Source: an uncultured archaeon | GTDB taxonomy: Archaea; Thermoproteota; Bathyarchaeia; Bathyarchaeales; Bathycorpusculaceae | DNA: 64,000 nucleotides | Reading direction: 5' to 3' | NCBI GenBank assembly: GCA_963782915.1 | Contig: CAWALK010000023.1 | Location: forward strand, 32,001 to 96,000 | Shown: positions 19,316 to 29,945 of the stretch, piece after piece | Position numbering within the stretch: the first letter of the stretch is position 1 | Layout: each line of letters opens with the position of its first letter | The notes under the pieces: model-generated | What the model was told of the DNA's origin: nothing | Databases searched by the model: none | Seen by the model: only the letters and a program-made list of their open reading frames with translations | Made by a program: the position numbers and the translations under genes

Positions 19316-20390
19316 CGGCTATCGCCACTGTTACTCCGTTTAGCTTGGTTTTCTTTAGGATTAACTTTGATTTTGGTCCCGCTACTAGTAGTGCTGCTCG
19401 TTCGCATACTCCTCCGATACCGATTTTTTCTTGAACCATCGCTGAATCAGGCGAAAGGTCCGTATATGTGACTGAACGAAGTGCATCCACACTTAAAAAC
19501 TCAAGCGGTGCACCCATCTTTGCCACAGCATCAACCATCTGCTGTGATGTACGTTTGATATCTACTGTTGCAAAAGCGTGAACCCTCGCCAGTGGCACAT
19601 GTACCTTCTCTAATGCTGCATCTATGGCTTCGATGATGCTGTCCATGCTGGATTCTTTACGTGCACCCAAACCAACGACTACATGCCTGGTTTTTAGTAT
19701 GGTGAATGGTTTAACGAATTTGGTTATTGTGAGTGGTTCATGGGTGATTATGACGCCTGCATCAAAGTTGTTGATGATGTCGAGGGCTTCTGTGCCATTC
19801 TTGGCTGTTTTAACGTCATAGAAGCCGATAGCGTTGGGCGGTATTTTGGCGTCGCCGACTAATACCAGAACCATGCGGTCGCCGTTTACAATTGAAGAAT
19901 TCACTGCGACGAGGCTGTCGGGGTTCTGAATTGTTAGGTGCAGGTTTTTGGCGAGGTCATCGACGCTTTGTTTGCCCATGACGTCTGAGGCGGTGGTTAT
20001 TACTGGTATGGCGTTGATGCCTTTGGCTATGGCGTGGGCTAAATCGTTTGCGCCGCCCAAATGACCCGAGAGGAGGCTTATGGCGAATTTGCCTGAAGCA
20101 TCCACGCCCACGACTGCTGGGTCAGTGAGTTTGCTTTCCAAAAGTGGCGCTACGGAACGGATAATTATTCCTGTTGCCATAACGGCGACTATTGCGTCAA
20201 CTTTGCTGTAGACTTCTTTGAGAAAATCAGCCAATTTTTTGTCTAGGGTAACGATGCCGTTTTGGCTGTATTTTTTAGGGGCATAAACCGTAGAATTCAG
20301 CGATGCCATATCGAGTGCTTTCTGGATTTTAAGTGCGGTTTCTACGCCGCGATGTGTTATTGCAACGATTGCTATGCCCTTGTCATACAT
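19305..20390 (-). CDS. cbiG: Cobalt-precorrin-5A hydrolase
   Basis: MATGIIIR, DPAVV, ISLLSGHLGGAN, VITTASD, GVCERAAL. Confidence 0.93.
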   Translation of the reverse strand: MYDKGIAIVAITHRGVETALKIQKALDMASLNSTVYAPKKYSQNGIVTLDKKLADFLKEVYSKVDAIVAVMATGIIIRSVAPLLESKLTDPAVVGVDASGKFAISLLSGHLGGANDLAHAIAKGINAIPVITTASDVMGKQSVDDLAKNLHLTIQNPDSLVAVNSSIVNGDRMVLVLVGDAKIPPNAIGFYDVKTAKNGTEALDIINNFDAGVIITHEPLTITKFVKPFTILKTRHVVVGLGARKESSMDSIIEAIDAALEKVHVPLARVHAFATVDIKRTSQQMVDAVAKMGAPLEFLSVDALRSVTYTDLSPDSAMVQEKIGIGGVCERAALLVAGPKSKLILKKTKLNGVTVAIAEDE

Positions 20391-20391
20391 G

Positions 20392-21156
20392 CTATTCTTC
20401 GCCTTTACGGAACCCCGTGGTGAATTTGGGGTCGTAGAGTTTAGATAAATCGTAAGCTTGAGGGTCTAAGACTTTGCCCACGAATATCAATGCTGTTTCT
20501 GTGATGTTTGCAGCTTTAACTTTTTCTACTATATCGGCGAGTGTGCCTTTGACGATTTTTTGTTCGGGCCAGGTTGCTTTGTAGACGACTTGGCAGGGTG
20601 TGGTTTTTGGGTAGCCGCCTTTTTGGAGTTCGTCGATTACTTTGATGATGTGTGGTGTGCCTAGGAAGATGACCATGGTTGCTTGGTGGGCTGCGAGTTT
20701 TCGGATGCTTTCTGCTTCTGGGACTGGTGTGCGTCCTTCGGGGCGTGTGATGATTACGGTTTGTGAGATGTTTGGTAGGGTTAATTCTCTGTTGAGTGCT
20801 GCGGCGCCGCCAAGTAAGCAGCTGATGCCTGGGATACGGAAGTATTCTATGCCTTCTTTGTCAAGAGCAGTCATTACTTCTTGTATTGCGCCGTAGAAGC
20901 TTGGGTCACCATCATGTAGGCGACAGACGAGTTTGTCTGCTTTAACGCCTGCTATCATGACTTTGAGCATTTCGGGGAGCCCCATTTTGGCGCTGTCATG
21001 GAGTTCGACGCCTTTTTTGCAGTATTTTAGGTATTCGGGGTTTAGGAGGCTGCCTGCGTAGATGACTACGTCGGATTGCTCAAGCCATTTCTTGCCTTTT
21101 AGGGTGATGAGTTCTGGGTCGCCTGGACCTGCACCAATAAACACTACTTTATTCAT
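20392..21156 (-). CDS. cbiF: Cobalt-precorrin-4 C11-methyltransferase
   Basis: GAGPGDPELIT, YAGSL, ELTLPNISQTVIITR, SKLYDPKF. Confidence 0.95.
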   Translation of the reverse strand: MNKVVFIGAGPGDPELITLKGKKWLEQSDVVIYAGSLLNPEYLKYCKKGVELHDSAKMGLPEMLKVMIAGVKADKLVCRLHDGDPSFYGAIQEVMTALDKEGIEYFRIPGISCLLGGAAALNRELTLPNISQTVIITRPEGRTPVPEAESIRKLAAHQATMVIFLGTPHIIKVIDELQKGGYPKTTPCQVVYKATWPEQKIVKGTLADIVEKVKAANITETALIFVGKVLDPQAYDLSKLYDPKFTTGFRKGEE

Positions 21157-21929
21157 GTTTACAGCTACATCCGTTTCCGTTTTGTTTCCAGTGAATAGGA
21201 ACTTGGCTTTTTTTGACGATGGCTACTGAGAAGTAGTCTTCGCTTACATCCCATTTGGATACGTCGCCGAGTTTGCCGACCATAACTTTCTCTTCGGGTA
21301 GGGTGCAGCGTTTGACTAATGCGACGGTTGAGTTTTCAGTGAAGCCTGAGCGGAGTAGGATTGGGATGAATTCTTTGATGTGATAGGCGCATTTCATGAA
21401 GACCAAGTTGTCTGCGTGTTTGGCTGCGTCTTCGATGTGTGCTAAGTCGAGGTCTGATGGGATGATTGTGACGACTTCTTCTTTTTCTGCCAATGGGAAT
21501 TTGGAGCTTGCTGCAACCGCAGTTACTGAGGTTACGCCTGGAATGATTTCGAGTTCGATTTCGGGGTAGGTTTCTTTTATGCATTCATAGAGGTACAGAA
21601 AAGTGCTGTACAGCATGGGGTCGCCCAATGTGATGAATGCGACGTCTGCCTTTTTTGGCTTTGGCGGCGACTATGGCGGCGCTTTCTACCCAGAGTTTGC
21701 GGTTGTTTAATTCGTCTTTGGTCATGGGGAAGACGAGTTCTAGGATTTCGGCTGGTTTTTTGCGTTCATCCAGAATCCCCCTAACCATGCTTAATGCCAT
21801 GCTTGGTTTTTTAGCATGAGATTTAGGAACACAAATAACATCCACTGTTTTAAGTGCTTTCGCAGCTTTTAGTGTGAGAAGTTCTGGGTCGCCTGGACCA
21901 ACGCCGATGCCTATGAATACGCCAACCAA
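21149..21929 (-). CDS. cbiL: Cobalt-precorrin-2 C20-methyltransferase (frameshift near 21650)
   Basis: GVGPGDPELLTLKA, FPMTKD; second frame GDPMLYSTF, IPGVTS, VFMK. Confidence 0.9.
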
Positions 21930-21941
21930 TCAAATATACCC

Positions 21942-22547
21942 CTATAGTTTTGTTGCTGAGACTATTGTTATTGGATTTCTTGCCATCATCATGGTTCCGC
22001 TGTTTATTTGTTTTCCCTTTGCCACAGAAATATTTGCTATGTCGATATCTTTGTAGCCTAACGCTTTGAGTTCGGCGATTGCGGTGGTTGCGGTTTCTAA
22101 TAGGATAGCGTTTATGATGATTCTGCCCGTGGGTTTGAGTTTGTAGTGGGCAGTTTGGATTATTGTGCGCAGAGAGACCCCCCCTCCCCCTATGAATATG
22201 GCGTCGGCGTTGGGTAAGGTAATGAGTGCTTCGGGAGCTTTGCCCTTTGCAACTGAGACGATGTTTTCGATGCCGAATTTCTGCACGTTACCTTTGGTTA
22301 ATTCTACGGCTGCTGGGTCTTCGTCGATGGCGTAGACTTTGCCTTTGTTTCCAACTTGGAAGGCTGCCTCAACCGTTAAGCCGCCTGTGCCGCAGCCGAC
22401 ATCAATGACGACTGCGCCTTCGATTAGGCGTGCTTTGGATATGGTGATAACTCTGATTTCTTCTTTTGTTGGACCTGGAACCGTGTCGCTTTGGTTAAAG
22501 CTCTCGTCTGGAATTCCAGGCGTCCTGTAAGCCCAGTTTCTTGCCAT
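21942..22547 (-). CDS. cbiT: Cobalt-precorrin-6B C15-methyltransferase (decarboxylating)
   Basis: GIPDE.F, TKEEIR, DVGCGTG, ARNPI. Confidence 0.95.
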   Translation of the reverse strand: MARNWAYRTPGIPDESFNQSDTVPGPTKEEIRVITISKARLIEGAVVIDVGCGTGGLTVEAAFQVGNKGKVYAIDEDPAAVELTKGNVQKFGIENIVSVAKGKAPEALITLPNADAIFIGGGGVSLRTIIQTAHYKLKPTGRIIINAILLETATTAIAELKALGYKDIDIANISVAKGKQINSGTMMMARNPITIVSATKL

Positions 22548-22570
22548 TGTAATTCAACTGTATCTGTTAA

Positions 22571-23230
22571 CTAAGCGGTTTGCTTGATAACCATTACGCA
22601 TAACGCGCCAAAAGCCTTCTCCGCGATGCCTTCGAGGGTGCTTGAAGTGATTTTTTCGTTTTCTAGAGTGATGTTTTCGCAGATGTAAACCTGTGTTTGT
22701 TTGTCTGCACCAGTCTCGAGTAGTAGGGCTGCGATGTCTTTGGGTGCAAAACCCCGCGAATTAGGCAAAAGCAAAATGGTGCGACCACATTGAAAAGCTG
22801 AAACCAGCTTCTGCTTTTCATCATCAGAAACATTATCATGGAATGTGAATAGGCGTGTGTTATCCCAGCTTATGTTTAAGCGTGCGGCGCAGGCTTGGAT
22901 TGAGCTGACACCGGGGATGACTTTGATGTCTGATTCTTGGAATAAGCCGCTTTCCAATACAGTGTGGAGTAGTCCTGAAAATCCTGGGTCGCCTGTTGAG
23001 AGCAAAGCCACATCCTTGCCGTTCTTGACTGATTCCGCTGCCTGCATTAACAGGTCTTGCAGGTTCTTAGCGGTCAAAACAACGTTTTCGCCTTTGATGT
23101 CATCCATAAAAAGGGCTATGCTTCTTTGAGCGCCAATAACAAGGTCCGCATGCTGCACAGCCTTCTTGGCGGCTGGAGTAACAAAATCCGGTGAACCCGG
23201 CCCGACGCCGACTATGTTAATTTTTGCCAA
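22571..23230 (-). CDS. cbiE: Cobalt-precorrin-7 C5-methyltransferase
   Basis: VGVGPG, STGDPGFSG, IPGVSSIQ..AARL...W, ENI..ENEKI. Confidence 0.93.
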   Translation of the reverse strand: MAKINIVGVGPGSPDFVTPAAKKAVQHADLVIGAQRSIALFMDDIKGENVVLTAKNLQDLLMQAAESVKNGKDVALLSTGDPGFSGLLHTVLESGLFQESDIKVIPGVSSIQACAARLNISWDNTRLFTFHDNVSDDEKQKLVSAFQCGRTILLLPNSRGFAPKDIAALLLETGADKQTQVYICENITLENEKITSSTLEGIAEKAFGALCVMVIKQTA

Positions 23231-24312
23231 GGCTTATTGCACCTAGCGTTTGAATCCATTCCCAGCACTGTGCCATCCATTGCCACAATTACAACACTTA
23301 TCGTTACTTTGTTTTCCACTCTGTCACTGACTCGTTGGTGGACGCGCTCGGCGATGAGGTCATAGGTTGCTTCTACAAGGTTCACTTGTCGCAGGATTTC
23401 TGTTGCTTCGTCTGTGGTGTTTGATTCCAACAATTCTTTGATGGTTTTTTGGTTGGCTCCGGCTGCTCCTGCATAGGATGCGACGACTTCGTTTCTTGCG
23501 TCGCCGACTTTATGATGAGTGTTAAAGATTTTAGCCGCTAACTTGACGAGTTTGCCTGAGTGGCCCAAAACGATGATTTCTGTGACGCCTTTCTCGACTG
23601 CTTTGTCGAGCATGTAGCCGACGAAGTCGCCTGTTTGCACGATTGCGTCTTCTGGTACGCCGAATTTTTCTTTTGCGATGCGTTCTCCGATGTTGCCGGG
23701 GACGTAGAGGATGCGTTTGTAGCCTCTTGCGATGGCAACGTCAATTTGGGGCACCAGTGATCTGCGGCATGCTTCAAGCGAGAGCGGTTTGACGACGCCT
23801 GTGGTGCCAAGGATAGATACGCCGCCTTTTATGCCGAGTTTATCGTTCATGGTTTTTTTGGTGATGTTGGCGCCTTCTGGTGCGCTGATTAGAATTTCTG
23901 CGCCTTTGCCTTCTGGGAGGACTTCTTTGACGGCTTCGGTTATCATGGCTCTTGGGACTGGGTTGATTGCGCCTTCGCCGATTGGGACTTGTAAGCCGGC
24001 TTTGGTGACTTTGCCGATGCCTTCGCCGCTTTTGATGGTGATTTTGCCGTCGTCTGTTAATTTGACGGTGGCGATGATTTCCATTTTATCGGTAGCGTCA
24101 ATGTCTTGACCTGCATCTTTGACGGTGACTGCTTCAGCGGAGTTAGCGGTGAGTTTTCTGCTGGATTTAACCGGTATCTCAAAACGCAGTCCGATAGGTG
24201 TGGGGATGACGACGCGGTCCACTGGTTCCTTGACGATTGCGATTGTTGCTGCTTTGGCTGCTGCCGCTGCCGTAGCGCCCGTTGTTATGCCATACTTCAG
24301 AAACCGCGCCAT
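23212..24312 (-). CDS. cbiD: Cobalt-precorrin-5B C1-methyltransferase
   Basis: GITTGATAAAAA, KDAGQD.DAT, AINPVPR, LGIKGGVSILGTTG, GKLVKLA. Confidence 0.96.
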   Translation of the reverse strand: MARFLKYGITTGATAAAAAKAATIAIVKEPVDRVVIPTPIGLRFEIPVKSSRKLTANSAEAVTVKDAGQDIDATDKMEIIATVKLTDDGKITIKSGEGIGKVTKAGLQVPIGEGAINPVPRAMITEAVKEVLPEGKGAEILISAPEGANITKKTMNDKLGIKGGVSILGTTGVVKPLSLEACRRSLVPQIDVAIARGYKRILYVPGNIGERIAKEKFGVPEDAIVQTGDFVGYMLDKAVEKGVTEIIVLGHSGKLVKLAAKIFNTHHKVGDARNEVVASYAGAAGANQKTIKELLESNTTDEATEILRQVNLVEATYDLIAERVHQRVSDRVENKVTISVVIVAMDGTVLGMDSNARCNKPWQKLT

Positions 24313-24325
24313 ACCATGTCACCTA

Positions 24326-24985
24326 TTAACCGTATAGTTTGCCCTCAGCCATAGTGAGCAGGGCGTTGAAGACTGCGACTGCGATGGTGCTGCCGCCTTT
24401 GCGTCCCCTAGTTATCACGTATGGTACTGGGAGTTTTGCGACTACTTCTTTGGATTCCGCTGCGCCGACGAAGCCGACTGGAACCGCTATGATTAGGGCT
24501 GGTTTGACTTTGCCCGCTTTGATTTGGTCTGCTAATTCGAACGCTGCGGTTGGGGCGTTGCCGATTAAGACTATGCCTCCGTCTAAGCCGTCTTTGATTG
24601 CGAGACGCATCGCTGCTGCGGAGCGGGTTAGTTTTTCTGTTTTGGCAAGTTCCATGACTCGGCAGTCGTTCATGTAGGTTTGGACTTGGCTGCCGAATTT
24701 TTTGATGCGGGCGTCGTTTATGCCTGCTTTAACCATTTTTACGTCTGAGATGACTTTTGCGCCTGCTTTTATGGCGGCTACGCCTGCTTTGACGGCGTCG
24801 TCGCTGATTACTAAGAGTTTGGCGAATTCCGGGTCTGCTGTTGTGTGGACCACCCGTTCGACGATTGGGACTTTATCTTTGGGTAATTTTGCGAGGTCGT
24901 CTCCGATGGCTTCTCGTATGAGCATCATTGATTTGTCGACGATTTTGCCTGCTTCAGCAACGGAGTAAGCATCGAGGATTTCAGC
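24326..24985 (-). CDS. cbiC: Cobalt-precorrin-8 methylmutase (probably fused to CbiX; frame is open upstream of ATG 24928)
   Basis: RVVHTTAD, TRSAAAM, IGNAPTA, VPVGFVGAAESK, GRKGGS. Confidence 0.92.
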   Translation of the reverse strand, partial: AEILDAYSVAEAGKIVDKSMMLIREAIGDDLAKLPKDKVPIVERVVHTTADPEFAKLLVISDDAVKAGVAAIKAGAKVISDVKMVKAGINDARIKKFGSQVQTYMNDCRVMELAKTEKLTRSAAAMRLAIKDGLDGGIVLIGNAPTAAFELADQIKAGKVKPALIIAVPVGFVGAAESKEVVAKLPVPYVITRGRKGGSTIAVAVFNALLTMAEGKLYG

Positions 24986-25400
24986 TGTCCTTCTTCACTT
25001 CAGCGCCCAATGCTTTGAGGGCTTTTTCTTCGAGGATATCGGCGATGCGTTCGTCGCTGCCCAAGGGTTCTCCGTAGACGAGTTCGATGCCTTTGGCTTT
25101 GAGCTGGGGTTCTTTTTCTTTTACGCCGATGAGTCCGGGAATGTCTTCTGTAGTGTGGACTCCGGGGGCGAGGAATGCTGGGACTAAAACGATTTTTGAT
25201 ACGCCCTTGTTTGCGGCGGTATCTATTGCTTCATTAACGGTTGGGGTGTCGCGAATCATGAAGGCGATTTCAACTGACTTGAATTTGCCTCGGCTGCGAA
25301 GCATAGCTGCGAGTTTTTCGAGGTTCTCTCGGTTATGGGGCAGTTTGCTTCCATGCCCAATGAGTATTAAACCAACAGTACTGAGTGCTGAGTTTGTCAA
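24981..25400 (-). CDS. cbiX: Sirohydrochlorin cobaltochelatase (short CbiX)
   Basis: LIGHGS, VPAFLAPGVHTTEDIP, EPLG. Confidence 0.92.
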   Translation of the reverse strand: MTNSALSTVGLILIGHGSKLPHNRENLEKLAAMLRSRGKFKSVEIAFMIRDTPTVNEAIDTAANKGVSKIVLVPAFLAPGVHTTEDIPGLIGVKEKEPQLKAKGIELVYGEPLGSDERIADILEEKALKALGAEVKKDS

Positions 25401-26687
25401 CTAATTTTTCCCCGTTTTCTCAAACAATTTAACCGCTGTATCGATGATTTGTTTGTCACCGTTTTTTGCGGCTACCCTGAGATTCTCAATTATAGGAATA
25501 AAGGTTTGCTTGAGTAAAATGGATGTTAAATCATTCAAAACCCGTTTTTGGCGTTCATCCAACTCGCCCATCATGTTCATGGCTGTGAGGAGTTCTTTTT
25601 GGCGTATTTGTTCGGCTTGTGATAGCAATTCGGAGATGATTAGTCGGACGCTGAGGCTTTTCATGTCATTTTCTAAGATTATGAGTTCTTCGTCGAGGAT
25701 GCCTTGGGCTTTTTCTATGGCTTTTTCGCGTTGCGCCTTGTTTTTGTCGGCGATCATTTGTAGGTCGTCGATGTTGTTGAGTTTGGTGTTTGGGACTTCT
25801 GTGACGGCTTTTTCTACGTTGCGTGGGTTGGAGATGTCGATGATTATTATGGGGTTGAGGTTTTGGCGTTTAGCCATTAGGCGTGCCATGATTTCTTTTG
25901 TTAATAGATAGTGGGGGGCTGAGGTGGAGCAGATGACTACGTCCGAGTCCACCAATACTTCGTCTAACTGGTTAAATTTTACAGCTTTGCCGTTGAGGTC
26001 TTCGGCGAGTTTGACTGCTCGGTCGTAGGTGCGGTTTGCGATGAAAATTGGGCTTAAACATCGCCGGGCTAAGGCTTTGGCGACGAGGGTGCCGATTTCG
26101 CCTGCGCCCATGACAAGGATTTTTTTGTTCTCCAAGTTACCCAGAAGTGTTACTGCTAATTCGACGGCGGCTGAACCGATGGATACTGCGCCTTTGTTGA
26201 TGCCGGTTTCGTTGCGGACTCTTCTGCCGACGGTCATGGCTCGATTAAACAGGTGCTTTAAGATCGGGCCCAAAGTTTTGGCGTTATCAGCTTCCAAATA
26301 GGCATCCCAAACCTGATTTAAGATTTGGTCTTCGCCAATAACCATCGACTCCATCCCACCCGTAACCCTTAACAGGTGATTGAAAGTGTCGTTGTCGAGG
26401 CTGGTTTCTATTGCCTTGAAGGCTTCTTCATAGTGTTCTCCAGCCCGCTTTGCCAAGTGTTCCTTGACTTGTGCAAGCGTATTCTCAGCCTCTTCAGAGA
26501 CCATGAAAATTTCGATACGGTTACATGTCTGTAAATACAGGCATTCCTCCACCGTTTCCATGGCTTTAAGTTCGGCGAGGGCTTGAGTTTTCTCTTTAAA
26601 AGCGACTGCTTCCATCAGCGGTACACGTGCTGTTTTATGCGTGATTCGTACGTTGAGAACGTGGTCCGTCTTCGCCGATGTATGCAT
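25401..26687 (-). CDS. hemA: Glutamyl-tRNA reductase
   Basis: TCNRIE, SMVIGEDQILNQV, GAGEIG, IANRT, DISNPRNVE. Confidence 0.96.
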   Translation of the reverse strand: MHTSAKTDHVLNVRITHKTARVPLMEAVAFKEKTQALAELKAMETVEECLYLQTCNRIEIFMVSEEAENTLAQVKEHLAKRAGEHYEEAFKAIETSLDNDTFNHLLRVTGGMESMVIGEDQILNQVWDAYLEADNAKTLGPILKHLFNRAMTVGRRVRNETGINKGAVSIGSAAVELAVTLLGNLENKKILVMGAGEIGTLVAKALARRCLSPIFIANRTYDRAVKLAEDLNGKAVKFNQLDEVLVDSDVVICSTSAPHYLLTKEIMARLMAKRQNLNPIIIIDISNPRNVEKAVTEVPNTKLNNIDDLQMIADKNKAQREKAIEKAQGILDEELIILENDMKSLSVRLIISELLSQAEQIRQKELLTAMNMMGELDERQKRVLNDLTSILLKQTFIPIIENLRVAAKNGDKQIIDTAVKLFEKTGKN

Positions 26688-26750
26688 GGTTGGATAAACC
26701 GACCGGCTTAAATATAACATTTACGGTAAATACCCGACGGGACTCTTTGG

Positions 26751-28313
26751 ATGATTTTACGTCACAAAATCGGCTTGGTTTACCTTCCAGGCGCTCTTCC
26801 CTGCTTTGAAGACTTCGGAAACCTCCCCACCGACCTAGTTTGCGCCGACGCATTAGTCGATGGCAAGCCTGCTAGTGAAGTTTTAGACATGCTTATCATT
26901 CCGGGCGGCAGTCTGGTGGAGTCAGGGAGCGTTAACCCACAAGTCACCAAAGAAATAGTGAAAATGGCTGAGTCAGGCAAGTTCGTGCTCGGTGTCTGTT
27001 CCGGTTTTCAGGTGCTCGCCAAAGAAACCGACGTAGGACGCCTCTCAACAATCCCAATCACACGTGAAGGCTTAGGACTGCTCGATGCAGAATTCAAGCC
27101 CCTAGTTTGCACTGACCGCGTGAAAGCCAGTGTAGTCGACAAGAGCTTCATAACACGGGAAATCGGCAAAGAAGTCACCGGCTTCCACTGCCACACCTAT
27201 GGGCAAATCGTTTTGGGCAGCAACGCTAAACCCATCATAGTTACACACGCCAACCGAGTGAACTACAAAAAGAACCCCCAAGACCTCATCTCAGGCGTCG
27301 CCAACAAACAAGGCAACGTCGCCGGCGTCTTCATACACGGATTGCTCGACCGTAACCCGACAATCACAGAGAGCATCATAAAATCACTCGACATTAACTC
27401 CGCCGATTTAGCTGCGATTAAGCAAGCCAACGCCAAACTCTTGGAAAACATCAAAGGCGAAGTGGGCATCGCAACTGGCACCCGCCAACAAACCCCAATC
27501 ACCCAAAAAGCACCCAAACTCCTCATGGTCACAGCACTGGGCAGCGGGTCAGGTAAAACATTCATAGTAACAGGCATCGCAGGAGCCCTCAAAAAACGAG
27601 GCTACAAAGTCGGCGTCATCAAAGTCGGCGGAGACATACGCGACGCAGTCTCGTCACTGTACCTCATAAAAGAACCCATGAAACCATATTCGTCAATTAA
27701 GATCGGTGAAAGCGGCTGGATGCCTCTCGAAGAGGTTATTGAGGCGGCAAGCAAAGACTACAACTTCTTACTCGTCGAAGGCGCAATGAGCGCATTCACA
27801 GGGTTACTAAACGAGAATTATAAGCGCCCGATGTCAACGGCTGAAGTTGCCGCAGCACTCGGCGCATCCACAGTTCTCGTAGTAGGCTGCGATAAGGAAG
27901 GCTTAGAAGGAGCCTTAATCGGCACCCTCAACTACGTCAACACCCTAAAGACGCTGGGCGTAAACGTCACGGGCGTCATCCTCAACAAGCTCCGAGTCAG
28001 CTACATAACCGACGAAACCAAAGCCATGATGGCACAGGCATTCGCTAAAGCAGGTGTAGAACTTCTCGGAATGGTCCCCAGATTAGATTTGGAGGGACGC
28101 GGTATGATTCCCGAGATAGAAATCCGTTATGAAGACTTCGGAGCCCAAGCCATAGATGCAATCGAAAAAAGCTTAAACCTTGACTTACTCACAAAAGTCG
28201 CCGCTCCACCCCAACCAACAAAAGTCGACTACGACGCCTTCACAGCTAAATTCAAAAACCTCTTAACCCACTACACCCTTAACGCTTCAGAAGGCGAACA
28301 AAAAAAGTGCTAA
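26751..28313 (+). CDS. Corrinoid amidase-like protein: N-terminal class I glutamine amidotransferase plus C-terminal CbiA/CbiP-like ATPase
   Basis: IIPGG, GVCSGFQ (catalytic Cys), HGLL; then SGSGKT, KVGGDIRD, LVEGAM, GVILNK. Confidence 0.8.
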   Translation: MILRHKIGLVYLPGALPCFEDFGNLPTDLVCADALVDGKPASEVLDMLIIPGGSLVESGSVNPQVTKEIVKMAESGKFVLGVCSGFQVLAKETDVGRLSTIPITREGLGLLDAEFKPLVCTDRVKASVVDKSFITREIGKEVTGFHCHTYGQIVLGSNAKPIIVTHANRVNYKKNPQDLISGVANKQGNVAGVFIHGLLDRNPTITESIIKSLDINSADLAAIKQANAKLLENIKGEVGIATGTRQQTPITQKAPKLLMVTALGSGSGKTFIVTGIAGALKKRGYKVGVIKVGGDIRDAVSSLYLIKEPMKPYSSIKIGESGWMPLEEVIEAASKDYNFLLVEGAMSAFTGLLNENYKRPMSTAEVAAALGASTVLVVGCDKEGLEGALIGTLNYVNTLKTLGVNVTGVILNKLRVSYITDETKAMMAQAFAKAGVELLGMVPRLDLEGRGMIPEIEIRYEDFGAQAIDAIEKSLNLDLLTKVAAPPQPTKVDYDAFTAKFKNLLTHYTLNASEGEQKKC

Positions 28314-28961
28314 TCGACCTCAAATTAGACGGCAAAACCGTTATGGTAATCGGCGGAGGCGCAGAAGCTTACCGCAAAACTCCAGAGCTTTCATCGGATT
28401 CTGGTGCAAAGATTTGGTTGATTAGCCGTGAATTCTCGCCTGAAGTGCAGAAGCTCGGTGAAGAAAAGAAAGTTGCACTGCTTAAGACTGGAATTAAGGA
28501 TGCTCAGGCGTTTGTTGACAGCCTTAAACCCAAAGCCCGACATTCTTTTGGCAGTTACAAATGACAGTGCTCTTAATCTTGCGTTAGTTAAAGCCGCCAA
28601 ATATTATGGCTGCATGGTTTACGCCGTGGATAATCCGGCATTAAGCGATTTCATATTGCCCGCTGTGGCACATATCGGCGACGTGAAGGTTGCTGTTTCT
28701 ACAGGCGGAAAAAGCCCAGCCATGGCACGGGTGCTAAGGGAACGCATCGAGAAACTCGTCACTCCCGAAGACCTCCTCGAAATCCAGCTCCAAGAAAAAG
28801 CCCGCACCACCCTCAAGGGCATCGTTGATGACCCGAAAGAGCGAAGCAAAATGTTATATGACATCCTTAATAGTGTAGAAATCAAAAAGGCACTCTCTGA
28901 AGGCAAATTAGTTGAGGCTGAAGAGTTAGCCATGAAACTCATAGAAAAGAAAAAGGAGTAA
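28307..28961 (+). CDS. sirC: Precorrin-2 dehydrogenase (SirC/CysG-N type), frameshifted twice
   Basis: VIGGGAEA.RK Rossmann motif; VDNPALSDF..PA, VSTGGKSP. Confidence 0.88.
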
Positions 28962-28967
28962 TGAACG

Positions 28968-29945
28968 GTGAGTTTTCCAACTGTACGTATGAGAAGATTG
29001 CGCAAAACCGCTGCATTGCGGGAAATGCTAAACCAAGTTACTTTGAATCCTAGTCATTTGATTTATCCGATTTTTGTTGAAGAGGGCATCAAAAAAGCCG
29101 TGCCCATAGGCGCTATGCCCGGCTACTCTCGTTTGCCGCTTTCAATGGTTGGCGAAGAGGGCAAAGCCGCTTTGGCACAGGGCTGCAAAAGCGTGCTGCT
29201 ATTCGGCATCCCATCCAAAAAAGACGAGATAGGCACTTCTGCGTATGCTAATGATGGCATCGTACAGAACGCCATTCGTGAGTTAAAGAAGGCTTGTGGC
29301 GAGGAACTCGTTGTCATCGGCGACGTATGCCTCTGCGAATACATGAGCCACGGTCACTGCGGCATCGTCAAAGACGGCGAAGTACAAAACGACTCTACAC
29401 TCGAATTGCTGGGCAAAATCGCCGTTAGCTACGCCGAAGCAGGCGTCGACATCGTTGCACCTTCAGCTATGATGGACGGACAAATCGGCATGATACGTGA
29501 AGCCCTCGACGAAGCAGGCTACGACCAAATCCCAATAATGGCTTACTCGGCAAAGTATGCTTCAGGCTTCTATGGACCCTTCCGGGAAGCAGCAGAATCC
29601 ACGCCTAAATTCGGAAACCGCAGAAGCTACCAAATGAGCCAAGGCAGCCAAACCGAAGCATTACGCGAAATCGAATTAGACATCGAGGAAGGAGCAGACC
29701 TAATCATGGTCAAACCCGCACTCGCCTACCTTGACATCATCGCACTTGCAAAAGCCAATTTTAACGTGCCCATAGTCGCCTACAATGTCAGCGGCGAATA
29801 CAGCATGGTTAAAGCCGCCGCAGCCAACGGCTGGATAGACGAAAAAGCAGTCACCCGCGAAATCCTCGTTGCCATAAAACGTGCAGGCGCAGACCTAATC
29901 ATAACCTATCATGCAAAAGACGCACAATCCTGGTTGAATCCATGA
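28968..29945 (+). CDS. hemB: Porphobilinogen synthase (Zn-type)
   Basis: [37 protein letters not shown]. Confidence 0.97.
   Translation: MSFPTVRMRRLRKTAALREMLNQVTLNPSHLIYPIFVEEGIKKAVPIGAMPGYSRLPLSMVGEEGKAALAQGCKSVLLFGIPSKKDEIGTSAYANDGIVQNAIRELKKACGEELVVIGDVCLCEYMSHGHCGIVKDGEVQNDSTLELLGKIAVSYAEAGVDIVAPSAMMDGQIGMIREALDEAGYDQIPIMAYSAKYASGFYGPFREAAESTPKFGNRRSYQMSQGSQTEALREIELDIEEGADLIMVKPALAYLDIIALAKANFNVPIVAYNVSGEYSMVKAAAANGWIDEKAVTREILVAIKRAGADLIITYHAKDAQSWLNP

Noticed and set aside
24981-28313. Coenzyme F430 pathway (CfbA/CfbB)
   Set aside because: No cfbC/D/E or mcr genes; context is a full corrin methyltransferase set with a cobalt transporter.
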